Made by a program: the position numbers and the translations under genes. A stretch of 64,000 nt of DNA from Takakia lepidozioides (taxonomy: Eukaryota; Plantae; Bryophyta). The notes below the pieces were generated by a model, which ran no database searches, was not told the DNA's origin, and saw only the letters and a list, made by a program, of their open reading frames with translations. The stretch covers positions 59,458,001 to 59,522,000 of the forward strand of contig CM060734.1 of NCBI GenBank assembly GCA_030704615.1. Direction: 5' to 3'. Shown piece after piece: positions 27,926-40,000 of the stretch (the first letter of the stretch is position 1; every line of letters starts with the position of its first letter).

Positions 27926-30900
27926 AGGATGTAGTTGTCTACTCCCATCAAACCAGTGCACTATAACTCTCATCGCAAGCTGAGATATTAATATATACTC
28001 ACTCAAATCCTTTATAAAATCGGTGTGGAGGCATATGTCCTCGCAAAGGATGATTACCAACATAGAAATTAGGCACAGTGCACTGCCCCTACTTCTGCCT
28101 TCTTGGCTTTCCACCAAGTTATTTTTCCTAGTTTGTTGCTTACCTCAATAAAACTACGGGCCTATGTTCCAGTGTTGGGCGTAAGTTATTTAAATTGAAG
28201 ACTATGAACCAAACATTTACACTTAGACCTACTCCAATGCAAAGCCTGCTGCAAACTTGACAACTCCCTAAGTCCGGCCTAGACATGCTCAAGTAAATGT
28301 TGTGATGCTCACAACGTCAACAATTGCAATTCCCTTTGGCATATTTTCAAGAAAAGTTGACGAGTTAGTCAAAGTCGTTCATTTTAGAATGACTACAGCG
28401 AGGAGATTGCAATATCGAGAAGCATGCCTTGCGTTCAAAATACTCCTTCACTACACTTCAACACTAGTCCGCTGACACTAGCTAAATGTAATAGCCCGAT
28501 TTCAATTCATGACTCAAGATTTCCAAATTTGAGAAGCACCCACTTGCCCAATTCAGAGCTTGCTACTCAAACCATCCACCATTTCCAGAGAGTCTTGACC
28601 ATCATGTATTGCTAGAGAGGGCTGGAGGATCAGATGAGGGTTTGACAGATTCAACAAAAATCATTAATGGAGGGTGGCTGACCACTGGGGATTCTACTGC
28701 TCAGAGTCCCGAATGTGCATGGATTAATAAAGGGGAAGTCCAAAACACTGGATGGGATGCCTTCCCTTCCTCACCCATTCATTCTGTTCCTGTCAACAAT
28801 GGCTGGGATGCTATCCCTTGCAATTCTACAGTTAATGATGAACACAATCTGTCAGGTGGGTCACCCCCCAACTCTGGGATGGCCCCCAATTGGGTTCCTT
28901 CTAGGACATAAATAAGTGAAAAAAACATAAATGGATTATATTGATAAAATATAAAAGTACATAACCAGTTAATCCTTCACTGTTTACTAGGCTTTTGCAT
29001 ATGGCAATAATTTTCACTCTTTCTTCAAGATCATGTATATATATAACATGGGGATGACACACCCCTTTTTGTGCAAATTGAATGTAGTTTTCAGAATTCG
29101 TCGCTACTATTGCGGAGCAACGCGAAGCCCTAGTTCACATAAAGCAGGAAGCGGTGGGAGCGTGGTGGTTGAGACCAAAAGACAGCAAACAAGAGGGTTG
29201 GAGTTCAGATCTTGTCAGGTTGTAACGCGTGCTATTAAATGTATATTTTGTAGAAGGGTTGGCCTCGGTCTGCTGGAGCGTGTGCCCAAGTCCCCAAGTC
29301 CCCAAGTCCAGGTCTGCTCAAGGAGGGTCTGGCCAGTCCGCCCGTGGGGTTGGACTGGGCCGCTCGTGGGTCTGCTGGAGGGTCTGCCCATTCCACTAGA
29401 AGCCCATTCCACTAGAAGGTCTGCCACGGTAGTTGAACGGACTTAGAAAAATTGATCAATGTGGCCAACCCGGTCAATGGGCGGTGGGCTTATGAGCTCA
29501 TCCCATGGGCTGGCGGGGCCCATAGGTGCATTCAAGACCGTAATATTAAAAAATGAGAGGCATTTTCGAGCAATCAGGCACTTCTCAGGAAATTTCTCCA
29601 AAGTTTTAGGCACATTTTCCAAAAATGTTCTACATTCAATTAGGCACTTGATTTTGAATTAATTATTGCCAGCCCACCCACCTGCCTTGCAACAACCAGC
29701 AAGGTTGTCTCCAAAAGACTCCCTAGACTGGATAAGCCACAGTTCTTCATCTTCTTTGTATCCGCTTGACCCTACCCTTGTAGATCCCCATCTCTCCCCA
29801 CTTCTCATTCTCAGACTGGCATCAAAGTTACCCTCCATCCAACAATTGTCACTTATATCCTCTTCAGTACTGTTTGTGTGGATCAGTATCTTTTGGTGCA
29901 GTGAGGGGGATTAAAAGGTCAGCTGATGAAAGAAATGTGGCAGCAAAATGAGGTCAAAGCCTCTGACTATGAATATTCAAGACTCTGATGAGTTGTTCTC
30001 CCTGTTTTCTACTGTTGTCGGGGAGGAGTGTAAGATGATTTTAACAATTTCTTTCGTAGTGCTGAGGCTGGAGATATATCTACTATGATAATTGTTCTTC
30101 CAACAACTTTGCCTTCTGCTAGAAGAGGCGCTTATATCCCTTATACATGGTACCCGTATTTAGGTGGCGCACATCCTTCCATCATAGTTCCATATCTCTG
30201 GAATGGTTGCGAGAGTTTTATACTTTGGGGTGCTTACCATGCAATTGAACGTCCTGGTAGTCTAGTGTGTTTACTGCTAACACTGTCTATGATCTCCGGT
30301 CTTAGCTTAGTCTGGATCAACCCTTTGCCTGAAGCATGTTTGTTTGACAACTCATTGTGGCTATCGCATTATTCCCGTGGGTTTTTTCCCTCCCCGATTA
30401 ATTATTGTTTTGTTATATTGAGATCTGTCTGCGTATGTCATTCTGCAGAGTGAGACAAGCATGCTTATGTTGATTGAGACCTACGAGTTTGACTTGACTC
30501 TTCTGGAGCTTCTAGTAGTGCCCCCACATGGAAAGATCGTCAATCACTTCATCAGAGGAAGTCTTGCCTGCATGGGGACGTGGATGCAAATAGACTGTAC
30601 CAATTGGCAGGCAGCTGTAAGCAGCTTCAGTTGACCCCTACTACATACTACTGATAATTGTAGCATCGTTGCAATGAGCTGAACCTATTGCATGCCTCAA
30701 GACATCCTATCATTAAGCCTATGTCACCCCTTGATGGGGTCAGTGTCAAAACTGGCGCTGTTTCTGGTAAAGCCTTGGCGCACACAAAACTGAAGATTCA
30801 AATGTCCTTGCAATGGACTTTTTGCATCATTTCAGGTGCATTTTAACAAATTTATGGATGACTCCTTTGAAGCCCCGTGGAGCAAAATCTGGCCGCTTCT

Positions 30901-33900
30901 CATTGGATCCAATCCTTCTATCCCCGACTAAATTGGCAAATGCAAGTGTGATGTGGGATGAATCCTGTGGCGAAGTTGGTAGCCACAAGCTTCTACTGGC
31001 CAGAGTGAAGCAAACAGAAGGTCTACAGAGTACAAATATCTGATCTCCTCACCAGTCCTTCAACCAAAAAACAGACAATGTAGACCAACAGGAAGCCGTT
31101 CCAATATCTCAAACTCAAGATTGTCAAGCCTAGCTCGGGATCACTTCTGGACCATGTATGAACTACAAACCCGGGTATTAACTGTGGTATCGATGTATCA
31201 ACCCAATCAATACCCTGCAATGCTCGAGGTTACCTCCAGTACGAGGAAAGCCGATTCCAGCTCTGTAGTACCTCGCTTTCCTGGGCTCTATACCCGGCTC
31301 CTGTGGTTAAGGTGTGGTTCATCACCTTGCTATACGTACCAGATCTTTGGTTTGGGGTTCAGAGATTAAATGCTGCGCATTTGTACTGGTATTGGAGTGG
31401 AAGGCTTGTATGATTAGTGTCAATTTGGTAAAGGGGAGATATTTTGGCACTCACATAGATTTTATGGAGCTCCACTGCCACCACTATCATTATTGCACAC
31501 TTCTTTGTGCCGCCTGATCTTCTTTGCTAGAAATTTATGTAATCCCACTCAATTGGTTGTACCAAGACCTGGCTTGAAACTTGATACCTAGGCTGCTGGT
31601 ATCAGCTCGGTATCACTTAAAAGACCAGTCAAGATTAGTGATACAATTCAAGATCATGAGAAGGATAGTGGGGAGAAACAAGGAGAGAGAGAGAGAGAGA
31701 AGAATAGAGGAGAGAGATGTAAGCACAGACCTGGACCCACTTGGCGTGGAGGGTGGTCCCACAGAAAGGCTTTGATAATTCTGCGTTTTGAATCAATGAA
31801 TTTACAACGGCTTCATGTTGGTACAGGTTTGTGGAACGGAACTGGTGGGAAGATGCATGAAGCAGCTGGTTCTAGTATAACCTGTCTCGTTTGTGCAGAC
31901 ATTGATGAATGCCGGCGACAGAGACTCAATCTTTGCCCGCATCAAGTGCCCCAAAGCGCGATAATGTGGTTTCGTCGCTGCAGTTGATCCAGGCTCGTCC
32001 CTCACAGTCCCTCGTTTATCTTCAAGCAATATCTTTCTGAACTCCTCGTCAACGTGGCCCACCACAATTGGCCTTTCGTTGCAAACGCAAGGTAGTTATT
32101 CGGATTTTGTCATGGTCTTGTCCAAATAGTCATCTAAAGGCCATAAGGCATCAATTCATTACGACTTCCACGAAACGCCGTAGGTTTTGAGACTTCTAAT
32201 CTCCTTACCTCTCTCAGTATGCATGCAGACTTAGACATTCGCGAAGACGAGTAAGAGAATTCACTAGATTTACTGGTCCAAATACTATTAGAATGAGAAC
32301 ACAGAGATCCCGTCGCTTTTTCCTTGCTGGATTATGGTTCGGGAAATCGCTTGGTTTATTGCGTTTTCCAATCTTTTTGGCCGCTTGAGCACTATACTTT
32401 TTACCTCATCTTTCCTTTCCGAATTGGCCGTACTCCAACTTCAAACCCAACATGAATCAACTTGCTGCTCATGTTACATGCTAGGTGATCATAGGCTTCA
32501 GCTTCTTTGGAAGGGGGCACACTCAGCTTTTTGAGACCAATTTGGCCCCCCTAACCTGCCCAAGTTGCTGACATGGCAACTGCGGTCAGGTTAGGGTGAC
32601 TGAAAGATACCCCATAAAGGTTAGGGCGGCCCGCTCCCCCAAACCCCTTGATTGCCCGGCAGGGTATGGCGCCCGGCGCAGGTCTGGGCATTCCCAGGCC
32701 TGGGCCCTAGCCTGAATCGACAGCGATGGCAGCTCCGGCCAACGCCATGCAGGTCGGACTGGAGGGAGTGCAGCCGCGGTGGCGGCAGAGCTCGGGGCTC
32801 GAGAAAAATGCCACGAGGGGTGGGCCAAACCTAGGGCGGGGTTTGAGAGAGTTGAGGGTGGAGTGGCCCCCCATGAAAGCAGGGCCGCGTAGCCAGAGGA
32901 GCTCCCAAACCCCATGCCCTTCTGGGCTATGGCTCCAAATATCCTAGGCCTGCAGGCTATAACATAGGTGTGCCATTTGAAGTCTTGGGCAGGGAACCTA
33001 AAGATGTGAGGGAAATTACTGATTGGTCCCAAAAACATTTTGGGATCTCATATAGATGTTCATGACACTTCAACCGGAGGGATTGGGAATTGAACGGCTG
33101 AATGTGTTTGTATAATTTTAGGAAGAGATATTTTGGCCTGCCCAAAGAAAATGGCATATTTTGACCCCCCAATTTGTCACTACAAAGGAGCCCACTTGAG
33201 ACCATTTGAGAAAAAACTGAAAAATTATGAGGATGTGTGTTATCAGGTATGGTACAACATTCTTGAGACTCTAAAAAAAAGAGAAATTAAAACTGCCCAA
33301 ATACTAGCAAAAACTGCTTTTTTTGGCACCTATTTCTTAGCGAAGAGTTTTTTTTGTCCCCAATCTACACTTTATAATCTTCTGATCTGGCAGTTGGAAT
33401 TTGATAAAACGTTTTGTGGCAGGAGGTGGGGTAGGTGGGAAGTCATTCCAACGGTCAATTTTACAGGGACATAGAGATTTTCCGGATAAAAATGTTTTTG
33501 TGGGCGAGGGTCATGTTTTTCCACGAGAGGGTGAAAATGAGTCTAGGCATTTACGGGTTAAGAACCATAAAGATGAGCCTCTCATTTTACAATAATTGGG
33601 ATGTTATGGCGCATGCGCGCGAGCTGACCGGTGGGCCCCGCGCACGGACGCCCGGCTTCCCCCACCCCCCCCCCCCTTTGCGCGCGGTTGCCCAGCTGTT
33701 GTCGCGGCCTCACTAGCCGCGCCCGCACTTCGCCGTGCCCCCAGTCCGCCCGCCAGTCCGCTGCCCGTGAGTCTAGTTCCCCTCAGCCTGCCAGTCCGCT
33801 GTGCTAGTCCACCCAAGTCCACCCAACAGTCTGTTGTGCCCGTCTGCTGCCCCCAGTCTGCCAGTCCGCGCCGGCCGAAGGATCTGGATCATCCATTCTG

Positions 33901-35199
33901 AGAAACCTATCTGCGTCATCCATGCTAGTCCCGGCCAGTCCACCCAACAGTCTGCCTGCCAGTCCGCCGCCCATGAGTCCGCTATCCTCCAGTTCACTGA
34001 TGATGCCGCGTCTGGACCGTCCGTTCGTAAATGCCATCTGAGCCCTCTATTTTTAGGGCATGAATTCAAACCTTATCCCTGCCGCCTGCCAGTTGCCAGC
34101 AGCCACGAACGTGCGCACTGATGCTCCTTGCACGTTGTCCATCGTGTTTAGTGTACTGCGACGCATTTCTTGCAAATTCTGAAGCATATCCTTTGTACTG
34201 TACAGGGCATGGACGTGGAAGCAGAAGACGATGATATACTAAAAACGGGAAGCTGGATTATACGGCCTCTTCGACAAAGTTTGCAAACACCCAAACCAGG
34301 ACCCTTCAACATGAAGGACCTCCAAGGGAAGAGAGACACGCAATATGGTTATATAGGTGCGCGAGTGAATGTTCAAAAGGTGGGATAGAGTTGATGACTT
34401 CACTACAATATATGAGCGTTTTTAGGACTAAGGATTTGGCGGAGTCATAAAAACGGCACTAGGTATACGACTACAGAGCGCTGAAATGCGTTGCAATCAT
34501 AGTTTTATCACTTTATAGTAATGGATATCACTACATGACTCCAGAAAATTAGGGAGCATTGGTCAAACATTGTTGACCATGATGACAGGGATGGTTTTAT
34601 GACTGGTGTGATATGTTTGACTACTCGTAGACGACGTTTCATGGAATCTTGTGACTTCATGACTGAAGATGGTTTTATAGCTCTATTTATATGACTACAT
34701 CCCTACACGTGTCATTTTGAAAGCACATACATGAATGTATTCATCCATTGGATGAGTTTATCCATCGATGACATGGCATGTAAACTTATGAGTCCCTTAC
34801 TGCAAATTGTTTCATAACTCTATATATATGACTACATCACTACACGTGTCATTTAAAAGGCATATATATTAATGAATTTATTCAATGGATGGGTTCATCC
34901 ATCCGCCTATACGGTGTGTCGATTTGATATAAGTTCAATAAATTGGACCTGGATGGATGTGGCTTAACAAGGATCGCAAGATATATAAGATTAAAATATG
35001 CAACGGTCATGGTTGTACAAGGTTAGATCATGTGATGGAAATTATTTTGAATCGTTATTTTACAGGATCTCACGGTCTAGATTATTTAAGATCTAACGGT
35101 CTAGATTGTTTAAAATCTAACGGTTTAAGATTACACCGCCGAACTTTACACCAGGCTGGGACTTAGGCTTTTTTGTCTCCTGCGTTTCACCATCTATTT

Positions 35200-36364
35200 G
35201 ATGTTGTGTCATGGAACGCGATGATCGCAGGATATGCAGGGGCGTGGGATGGAGGCTTTGCAGACCTTCCTACTCTTGAGCAAATGATGTAGGATGGAGA
35301 AGAGGAGGAGGAGAGGAGACGAGGAGAAGATCCTAACATTCTTGTGAGCTCGCCGTTCTTGGGAGAGTCAGTTTGGTCTTAGCAGACCGTGTTTCAATCT
35401 CTGCCTGCTCAGCTGCACCGTGGTGGTTCGATCTCACATACCAATCCGACATTACCTGACTACAGATACAAGCAGCACACACAAGAGGTCTTTTTGGGTT
35501 GATGGTTGGTCAAATCCTCTATGGGTCATGACACAAGGTAAAGGACAATGTGGTGATGATACCTTCTTCTTTGACCTATTTCAGCCTATTTTGCCCTGTT
35601 TGGCAGTATGAAAGTATCCAAAAATAGGTAATAGAGATGAGGAGAAGCTTTGGAATGAACATTTTTCCGACCCCAGTCAATGGCGGGGCAATGGAGACAA
35701 AAGGTGAATGCATGTTGGACTACACTAGAGAGAAGTAGATGCAATTTAGAATTAGAACTACTGTAATAATTAGGGTTGGGGTTTGCTGGAAGAACTTCAT
35801 GCCGTCAGTGTCAGCTGCTAGCAGCAAGTATTCATGATTTGTACACAGACAGGGATAGAGGTATAGGTTCATCCAAGAGGGCCGGATTTCAAACACAAGA
35901 TTAGTTCTGATTCCCCATGGATCAATAGCTACAAGAAATCTGCTAATGAGAAAATGGTATGCTAATGAAGGCACGTTTTTCAACACATTTCACCCTATTT
36001 TCCCTCTTATCAAAATCGGCCTTAAATTTTCATGTTGAATTTTGCAAGTTAGTTGGTTGAGTGAACCTGGGATAGTTTGGAGTGACTTTGATATGATACT
36101 GCCAATGTGATAACATGAAAGTATCCAAAAGAGGTAACAGAGATGAGGAGAAACTGTGGAATGAATACTTTTTTGACCCCAGTCAATGGTGGGACAACCG
36201 AGGCAAAAATGTGAATACATGTCAGATTACCAGATGTCATTTTGAACACTGCCCCTGCCTTGGTGGACATGTATGTCAAATTTGGGTGCATCGAGGATGC
36301 AAAGGGAGTGTTCAACACTATGGCCGAACGAGATGTGGTGTCATGGAGTGCGATGTTTGCAGGG
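35200..36364 (+). pseudogene. PPR (PLS-like) and PDF-motif gene fragments
   Basis: DVVSW-type PPR motifs; EEKLWNEYFFDPSQWWDNRGK and PDFKHK motifs. Confidence 0.7.
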
Positions 36365-37059
36365 CAGGGATGCCTCGGCGTGAGCCTGGCCACGTGAGGG
36401 CTGAGCCTGGTCACGTGAGCGCGTGAGCGCAACTGCGCTCACGCCACATCACCTTGCGCCAATGCCACGTCACGGGGCTCACTCCACGTCATCACACGTG
36501 AAGGCCGCGTCACCACGCGCCCAAAAAGAAGTGGAGTGTATTCCCGCGGATTGGCACCCTTTACCGCAGAAACAAGCTGGACGACATAATTAAAGGCATT
36601 GAATAAATTATGGATGAATGTACAGTTGGATGATAAACAGATGGATGAGTGTGAAAAATGAATGTAGATGGATGAATGAGGGATGGATAAGAGTAAAATG
36701 GATGAATGTATAATGGATGTTGAGCAATGACAAAAATTCATGACAGGAAGATGCATGACCAAAACTTTTGACGAATGCACAATGTATATGAAATGAGTGT
36801 GGAAGGTTTGTGGGGTGGATTAAAGAGTACAGAGGATGAATGTACAATGGATGTTGAACAAAGGAAAAAATTCATGAATGGAGCACGCATGAATATACTG
36901 TAGATGAATGCACAATGGATATGAGAAGAGTCAGGGAGGTTTGTGAGATGGATTCATACATATTGCAATTTAAATGAAAGTTGATTATGTGATTATTATT
37001 TGTTCTAAAGGAACAACTACGGTGGAGGAAGGGGATTCAACGTTTTCCAAATAGTATGA

Positions 37060-40000
37060 AAATTAAAATAATATAGTTCAGTCTGACTCAGAGTCAGTAC
37101 AATGGATCCCCGCTTCCTCTGCATCTAAGTCTAAGTATTTTAGAACACCGGATCCACGCTGGATACACCTACGGCTGGGCAGTAAAAAGTCAGGGGATAG
37201 GGACTCGGCCGCGTGAAGTGCCATTGCTTTGGCATAAACAGGAAGCAGAAAATTGGAAAGGGGGCTGTCGAAAACAGACTCGCCAGAAATGACGGTATCT
37301 CCTGAAGATCCACCGCTGCCTTTCCTGAAAGACAGCCTGAAAAAGTTATTACTGTAACTTTGATGTTATTGAGAAATTGAGTATGGCTCCCAAAGAGGGT
37401 TTAGCACTTACTCACATGAAAAGTCGTTGTCGACCTGGTTATCTTCGGGATCGTCATCATTTCGAATTTGAATCCGATCAGTCTGTGTGCCTGGAGTGGA
37501 GCCAGACAAAAGGGGGAGGAGCACTGTGTTGTAGAGGTCAGAATCACCCTCCATGCCAAAAAGGCTTCTTCCGCCTGCCTTGCATGCATGGTAAGTTGCT
37601 CCTGCACCAGACAGGAGGACATAAATAGTTTGGTGGGGGGGATTTAAGCAGATGAAACTGTTGAAAGAAAACCAATTCGGAAGGGAAAGAACGAACCTGT
37701 GGACACAGAAAGATCGACCACCCGTGCAGAGTGGTGGCTGCATGATTCCAGCAGTATTTGCATGAACGCTGGGGACTTTTCCTTTGCACCTCTCCAGGGA
37801 GTGCCATCTGGTCTCTTCAGAGTCTGACTGGACTGCATGAAGTTGTACAAAATGTCATCGACATGGGGCTCATAGGGGGGGGTTGACGAAACAACCCTGG
37901 TCAGAAATCTCAAAGCTGCGGATGGAGGATGGTGTCTTGGAGGTGCGAATCCTGCGCAGGCAGATCGCCTCGAACATCCTCGTCTGCCAAAGATAGCAGG
38001 TTAGTGTGGTAAACACAATCTATAGTGGAAGTGTGTACATCGGCTATTCAGAACTCAGACACAAAAAAATCATTTTTATCACAAATCGGTGATGATCGGT
38101 GTCGATCATAACAGATTCTACTAGAGTGGAGTTGCAGAGAACATTGAAACTCATCATGAAAGCACAAGCAGAAGGGAGACGGCATACCAGCTGACCAGGG
38201 AAATCCCCTTTCACAAGGTAGAGGCTGTTCACACAATTCCATGTGCGCAAAACTTCAAACCCTGAAGACTTGAGGTATGATGTCAATGCCCGACGACTAT
38301 CATTGTCACATGACTGAAAAAGTAGAAGTGTCCCTGCATCAGAGAGGAAGTTATTACAGAACCCGAACACCCAACTCCTGTAGTTGTCCTCGAATTTGTT
38401 CCAGCCTGGCGTCTTGCCCTTTGGAAGAACTTCTGGCATAGCCTGGCCATCCGGGATGTCGAGAATGACAATGTCGGCCGCATAAGTTTTCTGCACACCG
38501 CACGCGAAAGTGGGACCTGTGCTCACCTGCAACACACATGTTTTTTATAAGAACGATGGCAAGAATGTTTTCAAAGAACGAGACTGAAATACTGCCAACG
38601 ACACTTTTAGAGAAAAAAAAAAGAAACTGGAATTCTCACCAGATTGAGGAATGAGATTATATTGTCCCAGGTAGGCGAAGGCACCCCAGTGTATCCTCTC
38701 TTTCGACTCTGCATCATCGACAGCCAACCCTCATTAACAATTTTCATCTCTCCTGCCGAATCAGAACGGGAAGGGTGTGGCTTGGCATCGAACACGCACT
38801 GAACAGTGCGGGTATATCTTCCAGCAGTAAAGTCGTGCCCACTCTCCATCTCCTTTTCTTTCTCCTTCCCCTTGTCATTTTCCTTCTCTTTGGACTTGTC
38901 TTTATCCTTTGGCTTTGCTGGTGAGATGGCTATGACATCAACAGCCTTGTCTTTTGGTTTGCGGCCCGCCTTCTTTCCCTTCTGCGGCGTTCCCTGAGCA
39001 TCAGGCTCCTTGGCAGCCAATGTTGCTATGTTTTGTTGGTATTCTTCATCAGTCAAAGGCGCCAGCATCTCAGCGTTATTGTTCAAGTATTTCATATGCT
39101 GTTCTTGAAAGGTCGTGTGCTCTGGTGGACAGTCAAGGTACCACCCACAGTCTCTGAAGTGAGAAGGACTCCAGTCCTTCAATATCCCTGCAGTATACAT
39201 GGTTGGATCGTTTGCAGGGTCCGACCACATGTCAAGATAGTCTGGAATTCCACTCAGGTGATTTTCTTCCATAAGCACATATTTCGTGTACCTGAAAAAA
39301 AGGAGATAAATCCCCACCCACCAAAGCGCTCAGTGAGTAAGATGCAAGTAGAACAGAATGAAAAAAAACATAGAATGAAATGGCTCTGAGAACTGCTCCA
39401 AGGACCTTTCAGGACCACACGACTGCTCCAGATGTGAATGTCGTCAACGCCATTCAAAACATTCCATTCAATGATACTGTAAATACACCCTAATCCAGGT
39501 GAATGCAAACTATCGTTTTGGAATGACACAGACATAGAAGTGAATGTCGTCAACGACATTCATTTTGGATTTGTGAATACACTCATAATCAAGCCTAATT
39601 ATTCCTCAAATGAAGCAAAATCAAAGGATGGAAATCATAAACTTACATAACTCTGAGGACCTCTCAACAACTCTGGATGTGAATGTCGTCAACGCCATTC
39701 AAGGACATTATCAATTCTAATCAGGGACACTATAATTACACCCTTAGATCCTAACCAGGTGAATTCATATACTCGCTTAAGAATGACTCAGACAAAGAAG
39801 AGAATGTCGTCAACGACATTCAATCTGGATCTATGATTGCAATCCTTATGAAGCCACATTTTTTCCCAAAAAAAGCAGTAGAGTTTCAAGTATGACATTG
39901 CACCTGTACACAACTCGCATCATGGCCCACTCTCCTCCAACCTGACTGTCAAAGTCGTTGGACCGTAAAATGTTACCATCTTTGGAGAACTCCCGGAAAA

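Noticed and set aside
27487-27927. 146-aa ORF with 24-aa repeats
   Set aside because: By-product of the 72-bp minisatellite; no recognisable domain
28609-28911. Short ORF with three GW motifs (possible AGO hook)
   Set aside because: Too short, no ATG start or gene context; cannot be supported
33178-33186. CACTACAAA as another CACTA terminus
   Set aside because: No extended TIR match or subterminal repeats
29200-33600. Assorted short ORFs and GC-rich patches
   Set aside because: No recognisable protein motifs, TIRs or TSDs by eye
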